DNA from: Gemmatimonadota bacterium
Lineage (GTDB): Bacteria > JAAXHH01
Direction: 5' to 3'
Length of the DNA stretch: 64,000 nt
NCBI GenBank assembly: GCA_026702745.1
Contig: JAPPBT010000018.1
Location: 32,259-96,258 of the forward strand
Shown here: positions 47,726 through 57,087 of the stretch, piece after piece
Layout of the letters: each line of letters opens with the position of its first letter
Position numbering within the stretch: the first letter of the stretch is position 1
Made by a program: the position numbers and the translations under genes
The notes under the pieces: model-generated
What the model was told of the DNA's origin: nothing
Seen by the model: only the letters and a program-made list of their open reading frames with translations
The model's database searches: none

Positions 47726-49240
47726 TCAGTTGTACGCGCGGTCCAGGTCGATGCCGCGGTAGTAGTGTTTCAGGATCTGGTCGTACTTGTATCCCTGGCC
47801 GGCCATCCCAATGGCGCCCATCTGGCACATTCCGATACCGTGGCCATAGCCGCCTCCTTCCGCCACGACTGTGTTTTGCCTGAACTTCAAGTCGAACTTC
47901 GTGCTGCGTAGCATCGGCTGGCCCCGGACAGGCCGGCGCAATGCGGAACGTATCTGCCCGCTTCGCAACGTAGTCGTCCCGTGATTCGACTGTATCTCGA
48001 GCAGTTGAACGCGCCCGGTCGGCGATCGACTTTTTATGGATATATTGCGTAGAGAATACTCACCCCGCTTGCTTGGATCCAGGCCGGGAAGCCTCGTCGA
48101 CAGGATGTTCTCCAGCGTATTCTTGTTCCACTCCACACGCCATGTATAGACCGGCGAATGGTTGCAGAAGTCGTCGCTTCCGCGGTGCCGGTCCCGCACG
48201 GAGCGCAGGTACGGAATGGGATTGCCCCCCCAGGCGTCCTCGATGGATTCGGTTTCGCCCGCGCAGGTCGAGGAGTACTGGGCGGCGATCGGTTTGCCCT
48301 CGTAAGTAGCGATCATGCCGCGGGTTTCCGAAATCGCCCGGTCCGCGACGGACCATTCCGCGCTGTAGCCGCGGTATACCTGGTCGGCCACGGTCCCGTA
48401 CAGATCGAATCCCAGGGCCTTGCGCCTGCCCAGGTTCGACACCGTATACGTCCGGGCCGCTACAGCCTGGGCTTTCAGCGCCTCGATGCGGTCTTCATTG
48501 AGCTTGCCGATCTCAGGGGGAACGACTCCGCGCAGGTAGTTCTCCACGTCGAGGATGTTCACGACGGTCAACTTGCCGTTCTTGTTCGAAACCACCTCCA
48601 TCGATCCGCGATACTCCCGGTCCGCGGCTTTGATACGTCCTTCCCGCGCGAGCGGATTCACCTGGATCGGACCGGTATACAGTCCCTGGGCCGCTCCGCC
48701 CGGAGCGGACACGTCGATCCACGCGCCTTTCGCCTGCATTCGCCAGATCTGCCCGGATGACGATGTGCCGATCACTTCGCCGCTGGCCCGGTCCACGACG
48801 CGAAAGCGGCCTGTTCCGGTCAGGTTTGCCGAGTCCCGGTTCACCAGCAAGCCGATCCGGATCATCGGAAGCTGACCGGGCTTGAACGCCCCCGATGTCG
48901 GCGCGGTCTCGGAAGGAGCCGGCCGCGCGGTACGATCGGATGGAAGCGGCCGGCCGGCGCATCCCAGGATAAACAGGAGCAACAGAAGCACCGGCCAACA
49001 GGCGGCCCATCCGGGGATCGGCAATAGAGCCGGCCAACACGCGGTCCGTATGCCATCCGGCGTGTGAACTGGCCACCTGGAAGATTGTCCGGGGATCAGC
49101 GCGTGAGCTGGCCGCCACGTTCGGCGCGCGCACCGTACGCGGACCGTTGCGTGGTCAGGCTTGGTACCGGCGTGGTCTGGCACGATGCCGACCGGGATCC
49201 GGCTTTCGTTGTTCCGCATGATTGACGTATTGAAGCACAT
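47726..49240 (-). CDS. SpoIID/LytB-domain protein (amidase enhancer-like), lipoprotein
   Basis: SpoIID-family core (...VENYLRGVVPPEI...ALKAQAVAARTY...QVYRGYSAE...). Lipobox-like LLLFILGCAG is preceded by a TM segment. Start is uncertain: M85 of the ORF has a GAGGG SD, or an internal TTG at 49024. Confidence 0.6.
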   Translation of the reverse strand: MCFNTSIMRNNESRIPVGIVPDHAGTKPDHATVRVRCARRTWRPAHALIPGQSSRWPVHTPDGIRTACWPALLPIPGWAACWPVLLLLLFILGCAGRPLPSDRTARPAPSETAPTSGAFKPGQLPMIRIGLLVNRDSANLTGTGRFRVVDRASGEVIGTSSSGQIWRMQAKGAWIDVSAPGGAAQGLYTGPIQVNPLAREGRIKAADREYRGSMEVVSNKNGKLTVVNILDVENYLRGVVPPEIGKLNEDRIEALKAQAVAARTYTVSNLGRRKALGFDLYGTVADQVYRGYSAEWSVADRAISETRGMIATYEGKPIAAQYSSTCAGETESIEDAWGGNPIPYLRSVRDRHRGSDDFCNHSPVYTWRVEWNKNTLENILSTRLPGLDPSKRGEYSLRNISIKSRSPTGRVQLLEIQSNHGTTTLRSGQIRSALRRPVRGQPMLRSTKFDLKFRQNTVVAEGGGYGHGIGMCQMGAIGMAGQGYKYDQILKHYYRGIDLDRAYN

Positions 49241-49260
49241 CACGAACTTCCCTCTACGTG

Positions 49261-49338
49261 CTGCATCTGCGGGCTGCATCTGCGTGCTGCGTCTGCGTGC
49301 TGCGTCTGCGCGCTGCGTCAGCGTGCCGCATCCGCAAG
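49261..49338. repeat. Minisatellite, 13-nt unit (CTGCRTCTGCGTG) x6
   Basis: Six tandem 13-mers between the SpoIID-like and anmK genes; the unit length is not a multiple of three, so it is non-coding. Confidence 0.8.
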
Positions 49339-49343
49339 CTACA

Positions 49344-50570
49344 TCATCCGGGCAGGCAGATCTTGCCCAGTACCGCGGGCCGATCCGCGCCCGTCGCTCC
49401 CGGAAGGCTACCCTGCAGCCCTCGGACCGTCCGGTCGGCGAGTACCGCAAAGGCCACGGCTTCCTTGGCGTCCGAAGACAGGCCGTGATCATCCGATGTG
49501 GATACCTCGGCAGGCGCCAGCACCCGGGCGAGTCGCTCGAGCAGGAAACCGTTTCTGGCGCCGCCGCCGCTCACGATCAGTTCGTCCAGGCACGTGACGA
49601 CGGGAATGACGAACCGTCGACAGGCGCCCTCGATGGAACGAACGGTGATTTCCGTGGCGGTCGCAAGCAGATCCTCGCTGCTGAGCCCGGCCTCCCGTCC
49701 CGCGCGGACCAGGGCCGACGCACAACGGTCACCGAACAGTTCCCGGCCCGTGGACTTGGGTGGTGGCCGCTCGAAGTAGGGCATGGCCAGCACGTCCGCC
49801 ACCAGGTCTGATGAGGGCTTTCCGCGCCTTGCGACCTCGCCGTCCTCATCCATGTCGCGTCCCAGTTCCGCCCGGGCGACGGCATCGATCAGCATATTGG
49901 CCGGGCCCGTATCGAAAGCCAGCACGTCGCCGGGTTTCGGATCCGCGGGCAGCACGGTGAGATTCGCGATCCCCCCCAGGTTCAGGAGTCCCCGGGCCTT
50001 TTCGCGATGCCTGAAGAGCAGGTAGTCCACATAGGGCACAAGCGGAGCCCCCTGTCCGCCCCGGGCCACGTCCGCCGCCCGGAAGTCACCAACCGTCACC
50101 ACGCCGGTCCGCTGCGCGATCACCGATGGATCGCCGATCTGCAGCGTCGCCCCGGTTTCCACGCCGAATCTCTCTTCCCGTTCGGGCATATGCTGGACGG
50201 TCTGTCCGTGGGAACCGATCAGATCGATCTCCTCCATGGACAGCCCGGCGGAACCCGCTACGATGAATGCCGCCCCGGCAAAGAGTTCTCCCATCTCGAA
50301 ATGCAGCCGGCCGAGCTCGTCGATCCTGCCGGTCTTCGCATCGGAGACTTCCATCAGTCGATAGCGCAGGCCGGATGGGAAAGCCACCGTCTCGAAGCCC
50401 AGCACGTCCAGGGAAAGCCCGTCATCCTTTTCGCCCAGCCGTATCACGGCCGCGTCGATCCCATCGGCGGACGTGCCCGACATCAGCCCGATGATCCGGC
50501 GGTACTGTGTGGCCTGGAATCCCGATAACACGACAGTGCTGCCTCGCGCGGCTGGTTTGACACTTGCCAC
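49344..50570 (-). CDS. anmK: Anhydro-N-acetylmuramic acid kinase
   Basis: N-terminal RRIIGLMSGTSADGIDAAV matches AnmK (FIGVMSGTSLDGVD in E. coli). Start uncertain: GTG at 50570 or GTG near 50534. Confidence 0.8.
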   Translation of the reverse strand: MASVKPAARGSTVVLSGFQATQYRRIIGLMSGTSADGIDAAVIRLGEKDDGLSLDVLGFETVAFPSGLRYRLMEVSDAKTGRIDELGRLHFEMGELFAGAAFIVAGSAGLSMEEIDLIGSHGQTVQHMPEREERFGVETGATLQIGDPSVIAQRTGVVTVGDFRAADVARGGQGAPLVPYVDYLLFRHREKARGLLNLGGIANLTVLPADPKPGDVLAFDTGPANMLIDAVARAELGRDMDEDGEVARRGKPSSDLVADVLAMPYFERPPPKSTGRELFGDRCASALVRAGREAGLSSEDLLATATEITVRSIEGACRRFVIPVVTCLDELIVSGGGARNGFLLERLARVLAPAEVSTSDDHGLSSDAKEAVAFAVLADRTVRGLQGSLPGATGADRPAVLGKICLPG

Positions 50571-50753
50571 CGGGTCGTCTCGGTCGCCGAATTTGCTGCT
50601 GAAATATGTCCCGCCGTCCTTCGGTTGTCAAGACGGTTGGTGCGGCTTTCGTCGGTGGTTGGCGCAGCCCGCGGCGGCTGTTGGCCCGGCCCTCAACGCC
50701 CGTTGGCGTGGCCCGCGGCGCCCGTTGGACATGGGAAAGGCATTCGAAAATCG

Positions 50754-50781
50754 TTGCGTAAACGCGCCTGTTTTCTATAAT
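50754..50781 (+). promoter_or_regulatory. Sigma70-like promoter TTGCGT-N16-TATAAT upstream of the NHL-repeat gene
   Basis: Hexamers at 50754-50759 and 50776-50781; would give a ~200-nt leader. Confidence 0.35.
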
Positions 50782-50992
50782 ATCAATAAAGCGAAAATCC
50801 CGGTGATAAAGTGGTCCGGTTGGTTGTGCGTCCGACTGGTCAGGCTGGTTATGACCGGCGCGGTTGGTCCGTCTGACTGCGTGGCCGACCGGTCCACCTG
50901 GCCTTGACCGGCATGGTTGGTCACCATTGGAACTGGTTGTCCGACTGGTCCGGGACGGGACCATCCCTATTCACTAAGAAGCGAGGATACTC

Positions 50993-52033
50993 ATGAAAAA
51001 ATCGACCTGGATCCGGTGGGTCGCACTTTCGGCCGTTAGCATTTCGATTGCGCTGTTAAACAGCTTCGCCACGGCCCAGAACCACGCGCCGAATCCGTAC
51101 ACCACCGTAGAAGGCATATGGGGCAAGCTGGGAGGGGACAGGACCTGGGGCTCCACGAGCGCGGTCTTCCCGGCCCAGGACGGCAGCGGGAACATCTGGG
51201 TGGCGGAAAGATGCGGCCAGAACTCCTGCGTCGGCAAGGAGGACGTGCCGCCGATCCTGCTTTTCGACAGCGACGGAAACCTGCTGAAGAGCTTCGGCGC
51301 GGGGATGTTCGTCTGGCCCCACGGCATCTTCGTGGACACGGAGAACAACGTCTGGGTGACGGACGCCCGGGGCGGTGTGGGTATCGGCCACCAGATACAC
51401 AAGTTCAGCGAGGATGGGGAGTTGCTGATGAGCCTGGGCATCGCTGGAGTGGCGGGCGAAGGGGACGGCATCTTCAACCAGCCTTCCGACGTCCTGGTGG
51501 CGCCTGACGGCAGCATTTTCGTGGCGGACGGTCACGGTTCCCGCGGCAACAACCGCATCGTCAAGCTGGCGCCGAACGGATCGTTCATCAAGGCCTGGGG
51601 TGAAACGGGACAGGCTGCCGGCCAGTTCCGGGATCCCCATGCGCTGGCCATGGACTCCCAGGGCCGGCTCTACGTCGGCGACCGGGGTAACGCCCGGCTC
51701 CAGATCTTCGACCAGGAAGGCGAGTATATCGCCACCTGGACCCAGTTCGGCCGACCGAGCGGCCTCTTCATTGATGCGAACGACGTGCTTTACAGCGCCG
51801 ATTCCGAGTCTAATGCGACCTGGGGGGCCAACCCCGGCTGGAAACGGGGCATCCGCATCGGCAGCATCCGGGACGGCGGCTTCATATCGGCCTTCATCCC
51901 CGATCCCGTGGTAGACGCCGATAACGCCGGAACGACCGGAGCGGAAGGCGTGGCTGTGGATGCCATGGGGAACGTATACGGCGCCGAGGTCGGACCCCGC
52001 ATGTTGCGGAAGTACGTCATCACCGGGGAATAG
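50993..52033 (+). CDS. NHL-repeat beta-propeller protein, secreted
   Basis: Signal peptide MKKSTWIRWVALSAVSISIALLNSFATAQ; repeated NHL-like blades (...NIWVAE..., ...NVWVTD..., ...SIFVADGHGSRGNNRIVK..., ...RLYVGDRGNARLQIFD...). Confidence 0.75.
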   Translation: MKKSTWIRWVALSAVSISIALLNSFATAQNHAPNPYTTVEGIWGKLGGDRTWGSTSAVFPAQDGSGNIWVAERCGQNSCVGKEDVPPILLFDSDGNLLKSFGAGMFVWPHGIFVDTENNVWVTDARGGVGIGHQIHKFSEDGELLMSLGIAGVAGEGDGIFNQPSDVLVAPDGSIFVADGHGSRGNNRIVKLAPNGSFIKAWGETGQAAGQFRDPHALAMDSQGRLYVGDRGNARLQIFDQEGEYIATWTQFGRPSGLFIDANDVLYSADSESNATWGANPGWKRGIRIGSIRDGGFISAFIPDPVVDADNAGTTGAEGVAVDAMGNVYGAEVGPRMLRKYVITGE

Positions 52034-52129
52034 GCGGCTGAGGAACGGCGATCGGCGTAGGCGACTGCCGATTGGGCGGCTGCCGATTGACGACCGGCGA
52101 AGATCTGTTCAAATCGACCGCATTAACCG

Positions 52130-52180
52130 AAAAGGCGCGGTAAGTGGAACGAAACGGATTCCACGGACCGCGCCTTTTGC
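52130..52180. terminator. Bidirectional rho-independent terminator (AAAAGGCGCGGT ... ACCGCGCCTTTT with inner GTGGAA/TTCCAC stem)
   Basis: Long GC stem flanked by A-run 5' and T-run 3', between convergent genes. Confidence 0.55.
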
Positions 52181-52191
52181 TATTCCGGTGA

Positions 52192-52476
52192 TCAGGAACC
52201 GGATGCCCCAGGTCCGCCCGGACCACACGCGCTGCCCGCACCACTCGCACCGCCCGCACCACTCGCACCGCCCGTACCACTCACTTCTGCGGGATTTTCG
52301 ACGCCAGCGATGGCCGCTTTGAAACGGTTGATGGCCCGTTCGAATTTCTCGAGGCATCCGGGATTGCAAAACCCCACAACGTGACCTCCAAATTCCGTCA
52401 GTGAATCGGCCTGTACCGGCTTGCCGGACCAGGGGCAGGTCTTATTGATGCAGTCGACGATTTTGAGATCGGGCAT
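52192..52476 (-). CDS. YHS/TRASH-domain metal-binding protein with Gly/Ala/Ser-rich tail
   Basis: DCINKTCPWSGKPV...GHVVGFCNPGCLEKFE matches the TRASH/YHS pattern (C-x4-C ... FC-x3-C-x3-F). Start taken at M3 (SD GAGGAGGA 7 nt upstream); ATGA overlap with the upstream gene's stop. Tail encoded by 18-nt DNA repeats. Confidence 0.55.
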   Translation of the reverse strand: MPDLKIVDCINKTCPWSGKPVQADSLTEFGGHVVGFCNPGCLEKFERAINRFKAAIAGVENPAEVSGTGGASGAGGASGAGSACGPGGPGASGS

Positions 52477-52478
52477 CG

Positions 52479-54248
52479 TCATTCCTCCTCGTAAATCGCC
52501 TCGCCGCGGCTCAGTCGCAGCGCGATATGAGCGGTCTGGTTGAGCGCCCGCTGAGTGGGGGCGTGGGCGGCGAGATACCGGGCCGTGGCGATCAGCACGT
52601 GGTCGGCCTCGGCGCGTCCTTTCAGTTCCTCGTACTGGCGAATGCCCGCCTCGAGCATCTGGAAGCTGTGGAACTCGGCATCCTCCCGAAGCAGCGAGAT
52701 CGCGAGCGTTCGGAACAGCCGGTCCACCGGGTGTCCGTCGGCCAGGTAACGGTAGACCAGCCTGGCGGCCGGCTCCACCCGCTGCTGCGTGTCCAGTTCG
52801 GTCAGAAACGTGTCGAGTATCTCGTCGGTCTCGCCGGCCAGTTCGGCCGTGGCCTTATCGCCCGGCAACCGCGCGGGCGGCACGTTGAGGAAACGGTCCA
52901 GGTACACGGCCATGGCACCGTGAAAGACGCCGCGGATCAGCTCCGGGGAACCCGTCCGCTTCAGGGCCTGGTGCAGGGCGTTCGCGTAGGTGAAGGTGTG
53001 CAGCACCGTGATCCAGTCGTTGAACTCGTTCTGCGTGTGGAACCGGGCGATGCGGAGCGCCGCGGCGTAGGTGACCGCCTGGCTGAGCTGCAGCGGCGTC
53101 ATGCCTTCGCGCAGGAGGGCCAGCATGGTGTCCACTGTGGCCTGGGGATCGTCCCCCAGGATCACTTCGGCCAGTTCGCCGGGGCCGTCCCACGCGTATC
53201 CATTGGATGTCGATGCCAGCGCACCGGGTAACTCGGCATTGGCCCCACGCAGGATGGCGGCCAGGTCGACGGGATGGCGCCAGGCGTTTCGTTCCTCGCT
53301 GCGCGCCGCGGCGCAAAGCTGACCGACCGTACTGGGCAGCACTTCATCGGCGTGCTCCCAGCCGATGTGGTCCAGCAGTTCCGTGGACTTGTTGATGAAA
53401 TCCGCGACGTGCCCGCCGTCCAGGAACACGCGATCCGTGGCGGCGCTCATCATCATGTCCACCAGCAGCGCAGGTTCACTGCCCATGGACACGGCCGTAA
53501 GCAGGCACCGCGTAGCGCCTTCGGTGTCGCGCACCTCGACGAAGCGGCGGAACCAGCGCTTCAACTGCTCGAACGAGAGGTTCTCCGTATCCAGGGGCTG
53601 CAGGTCGAACCTCGGCGGCTGTCCGTTGCTGTCCCGGGCGACATGCGTCAGTCCCTGGTATAGCGGCAGGATCTGCTCGTCCCGGGGCAGATAGCTGCAC
53701 AGGTTCGTCATCGCGGCGAGGATGGTCAGGCCGGGACCCCAACCGGACGATCGGTACCGCACGCCATAACGGCCGCCGGTCTCGGCGATATCCTTGTAGG
53801 ACACCCCCGATTTCAGCAGGGCGATCACGGCCTTGGCATTGACCAGCGAGATGTTCTGCTCCAGGCCTTCTCTCAGGCGGTTGCGCCAGTACTCCGCGTC
53901 GCCCGACTGGTCCCGCGAACCCGAAACCCAAACGTCCCCGTTCCGGGTCTCGACCGCGTACACCGGCACGTCGTCCGCGAAGAGATCGAAGGTGCAACCG
54001 CTCTCCAGGTCGAAATCCGCGTGGTGCCAGTGGCAGGTCAGAATGCCGTCCTTGATCGTGCCGCGGTGCAGTGGGAAGCCCATGTGGGGACAGCGGTTGT
54101 CCACGGCGTGCACCTGCCCGTCACCGTGGTGGAACACGGCGATCGGGCCGTCGTGGCCGTTGACGACGATGCTCCCCTTTTCCTTCAGTTCGTCCATCGA
54201 TGCGACCCGGATCGGATCGCGCAGGGCTGTTGTCGGGGTGCTGTTCAT
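52479..54248 (-). CDS. Rieske [2Fe-2S]-domain protein fused to a ~470-aa domain of unknown function
   Basis: Rieske motifs CPHMG...CHWHH (CxH-x17-CxxH); start at M6 after AGGAG SD; the C-terminal domain is unrecognised. Confidence 0.7.
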   Translation of the reverse strand: MNSTPTTALRDPIRVASMDELKEKGSIVVNGHDGPIAVFHHGDGQVHAVDNRCPHMGFPLHRGTIKDGILTCHWHHADFDLESGCTFDLFADDVPVYAVETRNGDVWVSGSRDQSGDAEYWRNRLREGLEQNISLVNAKAVIALLKSGVSYKDIAETGGRYGVRYRSSGWGPGLTILAAMTNLCSYLPRDEQILPLYQGLTHVARDSNGQPPRFDLQPLDTENLSFEQLKRWFRRFVEVRDTEGATRCLLTAVSMGSEPALLVDMMMSAATDRVFLDGGHVADFINKSTELLDHIGWEHADEVLPSTVGQLCAAARSEERNAWRHPVDLAAILRGANAELPGALASTSNGYAWDGPGELAEVILGDDPQATVDTMLALLREGMTPLQLSQAVTYAAALRIARFHTQNEFNDWITVLHTFTYANALHQALKRTGSPELIRGVFHGAMAVYLDRFLNVPPARLPGDKATAELAGETDEILDTFLTELDTQQRVEPAARLVYRYLADGHPVDRLFRTLAISLLREDAEFHSFQMLEAGIRQYEELKGRAEADHVLIATARYLAAHAPTQRALNQTAHIALRLSRGEAIYEEE

Positions 54249-54294
54249 GATGATACTCCTCATACTGCTTTATCGATGATCGTGCATTGTATCT

Positions 54295-54331
54295 GAATGG
54301 AATATACGTGTTACCATTCAATATATGTAAC
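54295..54331. promoter_or_regulatory. Overlapping inverted repeats GAATGG-N13-CCATTC and GTTAC-N12-GTAAC in a ~130-nt AT-rich divergent region (also 10-bp palindrome TGCACGTGCA at 54421-54430)
   Basis: Seen in sequence; positioned between the Rieske operon start and the divergent regulator start, so likely operators. Confidence 0.3.
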
Positions 54332-54495
54332 CCAATCCAATAAATCAATATTATTATTTATATTATATATTTAATTTTTATTGTTCCATATTTGGGATAG
54401 CATGTTACAATAGATAGAGATGCACGTGCAGTAGGCACCGGCACCGCATTGGTTCTGCATTGGATAATCAGCCGCTTCGTTCGCGGAGAAGGAAC

Positions 54496-55122
54496 ATGCC
54501 ACACACTGAAGGCACCACCCGCCGTCAGATCCTGGAATTGCTCAAACGCAAGGGCGAAATGACAGCCGGTCAACTCGCCAGGGAGATCGGGATCACTTCG
54601 ATGGGCGTTCGCCAGCACCTCAGCGGACTGGAGCGCGACGACCTGGTCGAGACGCGAGTCGTACGGCAGGACCGGGGCAGGCCCGCCCACTATTTCGTCC
54701 TGACGGATGCCGCTGAGCACCTGTTCCCGGTACGGTACGGCCAACTCGCGGTGGAACTGCTCGAACAGATCGCCGAAACCGACGGACCGGAGAAGGTCGA
54801 CAGCCTCTTCGCCTTGCGCACGGAACGGCTTGAAGCGGAATACAAACAACAGATGGCCGGGAAACCCGTCTCGGAACAGGTGCGCGTTCTCGCAGAAATC
54901 CGGGACCGGGAGGGATACATGGCCGAATCCCACGCGGACGACGATGAGTACATCCTGGTGGAGCATCACTGCCCGATCTACGAGATAGCGCGCCGTTTCC
55001 CGAAGGTCTGCCAGTTCGAACAGGAATTGTTCGAGCGTACGCTCGATGCCGGGGTGCGCAGGGACGAGCACAAGATAGCCGGAGACGACCACTGCCGGTA
55101 CCTGGTACGGAAACGAGACTGA
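54496..55122 (+). CDS. Winged-HTH (ArsR/SufR-like) transcriptional regulator with Cys/His-rich C-terminal sensing domain
   Basis: ArsR-type HTH (RRQILELLKRKGEMTAGQLAREIGITSMGVRQHLSGLERDDLV); C-terminal HHCP-x10-C...DHC cysteines; SD GGAGAAGGAA before ATG at 54496. Confidence 0.6.
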   Translation: MPHTEGTTRRQILELLKRKGEMTAGQLAREIGITSMGVRQHLSGLERDDLVETRVVRQDRGRPAHYFVLTDAAEHLFPVRYGQLAVELLEQIAETDGPEKVDSLFALRTERLEAEYKQQMAGKPVSEQVRVLAEIRDREGYMAESHADDDEYILVEHHCPIYEIARRFPKVCQFEQELFERTLDAGVRRDEHKIAGDDHCRYLVRKRD

Positions 55123-55161
55123 CGGCCGGCTTCGCGTCTTTCTGAGTGCAGGACAGTTCCC

Positions 55162-56187
55162 ATGAGCAAACCACGCATCTGGTACCTGCCAACGCCTTCC
55201 CACACCGCCGGGGTTTTCAAGGATGAGACCTACCGGCGGTTACTGGCCGGCTTCGACGTGGTGGAAAACAGGACGGACCGCGCGTTGACCGCTTCAGAGG
55301 TGGAGGAAGGGATCGCCGGCTTCGACGGGCTGGTCACCGGTTGGGGCGTCATGCCGATCAGCGCAGCCGCGCTGGAGCGGGCGGACCGGCTGAAGATCGT
55401 CGTCCACTCCGCTGGATCGGTCAAGTACCTGTTCACTTCGGAGATGGTAACCGGCCAACTGTTGCCCAGGGGGATCCGCGTCATCAGCGCGCGTGGCGCC
55501 ATCGCCCTCAACGTGGCGGAGCACGCGGTCGGTGCGCTGATCATGATGAGCCGCAGGTGGGTTCACGACGCCCTCAACATCCGGGAGCGGGGCATGTGGC
55601 GGGACCCGGACAAGAACTGGTCGAACCAGTTCCTGCGCGGCGCCACGGTGGGCATCGTCAGCGCCAGCATGGTGGGACGGGAGGTGATCCGGCTGCTCCG
55701 GTCCTTCAACGTCCGCATGCTCGTCTGCGATCCCTATCTGAGCGATTGGGACGCCGGCCGCATGAACGTGGAACGGGTAGACCTGAACACACTCTTCGAA
55801 TCGTCGGACATGGTGACTGTCCACGCGCCGTCCATTCCGGAGACGGACCGGATGATCGGCGCGGAGCAACTGCGGCTATTGCGAGACGACGGCGTGCTGG
55901 TCAACACCTCGCGGGGATCCGTCCTGGACCACGACGCGCTGTACGAAGAAGCGATGACCGGCAGAATCCAGGTCCAGCTGGACGTGACCACGCCCGAGCC
56001 CCTGCCGCCCGACCATCGGCTGCGCGCGCTCCCCAACGTGGTCATCACGCCCCACAGCTCTGGAACCGGCGCCTTTGGCCACCTCGAGATCGGCGAGATC
56101 ACGCTGGGTGCGCTGGAACACTTTTATTCGGGACGGGAACCTGTGCCTGGGGAGGTAGACCTGGGAAACTGGGCGCAGATCGCGTAG
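55162..56187 (+). CDS. D-isomer-specific 2-hydroxyacid dehydrogenase family protein
   Basis: NAD-binding GIVSASMVGREV and catalytic R/E/H arrangement (TSRG...TPHSSG). Confidence 0.85.
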   Translation: MSKPRIWYLPTPSHTAGVFKDETYRRLLAGFDVVENRTDRALTASEVEEGIAGFDGLVTGWGVMPISAAALERADRLKIVVHSAGSVKYLFTSEMVTGQLLPRGIRVISARGAIALNVAEHAVGALIMMSRRWVHDALNIRERGMWRDPDKNWSNQFLRGATVGIVSASMVGREVIRLLRSFNVRMLVCDPYLSDWDAGRMNVERVDLNTLFESSDMVTVHAPSIPETDRMIGAEQLRLLRDDGVLVNTSRGSVLDHDALYEEAMTGRIQVQLDVTTPEPLPPDHRLRALPNVVITPHSSGTGAFGHLEIGEITLGALEHFYSGREPVPGEVDLGNWAQIA

Positions 56188-56219
56188 AGGCCGGACTCAC
56201 ATCGGGAGATCGGGCAGCA

Positions 56220-57083
56220 CTAAACCCGCCGACGCGCCGCCATCACCGTATTCTCCATCAACATGGCCACGGTCATGGGACCGACGCCCCCGATGCGGGG
56301 CGTGATCCATCCGGCGACCTCGGCCACATCGTCGTCCACATCGCTGAGGAGCTTCTTGCCCTTGCGCGTGATCCCTGCGGCCACCACGGCCGCGCCGGGT
56401 TTCACCATGTCCTTGGTGATCAAACCGGGCGAACCCGCGGCGGCGATGATGATATCGGCTTCGCGCAGGTGGGCGGCCATGTCGGGCACGGCCGAATGCA
56501 GTACGGTGACCGCGGCGTTGCAGTGGGGTCGTTTCAAGGACAGCAGAAGAGCCAGCGGCCGGCCGATGGTCAGTCCGCGGCCCACGATCGTCACGTTCTT
56601 GCCTTCGATGGGCACGCCGTAATGGACCAGCAGGGCGAGGATGCCGTTAGGCGTGCAGGGCAGGGGCCCCGACCTGCCGATCACCAGCCGGCCCAGGTTG
56701 ATGGGATTGAGCCCGTCCGCGTCCTTGTCCGGCGCTACGGAGAGCAGCGCTTCGTCCTCGTCGAGTCCATCCGGCAGCGGGATCTGAACCAGGATCGCGT
56801 CGACCTCCGGATCTTCGTTCATGCGGCCGATGGTCTGCAGCAGCTCTTCCTGTGAAGTGGATGCGGGCAGGTGGGTATGGATGGACCGGATGCCGATCTC
56901 CTCGCACGCCCGGTGCTTCATGGAGATATAGGTCGCGCTGGGCCCGTCGTCGCCGGCCAGAATCGTCGCCAGCCCAGGCGTCACGCCCCGCTCCCGCATT
57001 TCGGCCGTCTCTTTCACGAGCCTGCCCTGCATCTCGTCGGCCAGCTTGCGGCCGCTCATGATGACCGGGCCATTGCAGGTCAT
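56220..57083 (-). CDS. folD: Bifunctional methylenetetrahydrofolate dehydrogenase/methenyltetrahydrofolate cyclohydrolase
   Basis: Aligns along its length with E. coli FolD (YISMKHRACEEIG, ILVQIPLP, PCTPNGI, GVGPMTVAML). Confidence 0.9.
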   Translation of the reverse strand: MTCNGPVIMSGRKLADEMQGRLVKETAEMRERGVTPGLATILAGDDGPSATYISMKHRACEEIGIRSIHTHLPASTSQEELLQTIGRMNEDPEVDAILVQIPLPDGLDEDEALLSVAPDKDADGLNPINLGRLVIGRSGPLPCTPNGILALLVHYGVPIEGKNVTIVGRGLTIGRPLALLLSLKRPHCNAAVTVLHSAVPDMAAHLREADIIIAAAGSPGLITKDMVKPGAAVVAAGITRKGKKLLSDVDDDVAEVAGWITPRIGGVGPMTVAMLMENTVMAARRRV

Positions 57084-57087
57084 TCCG

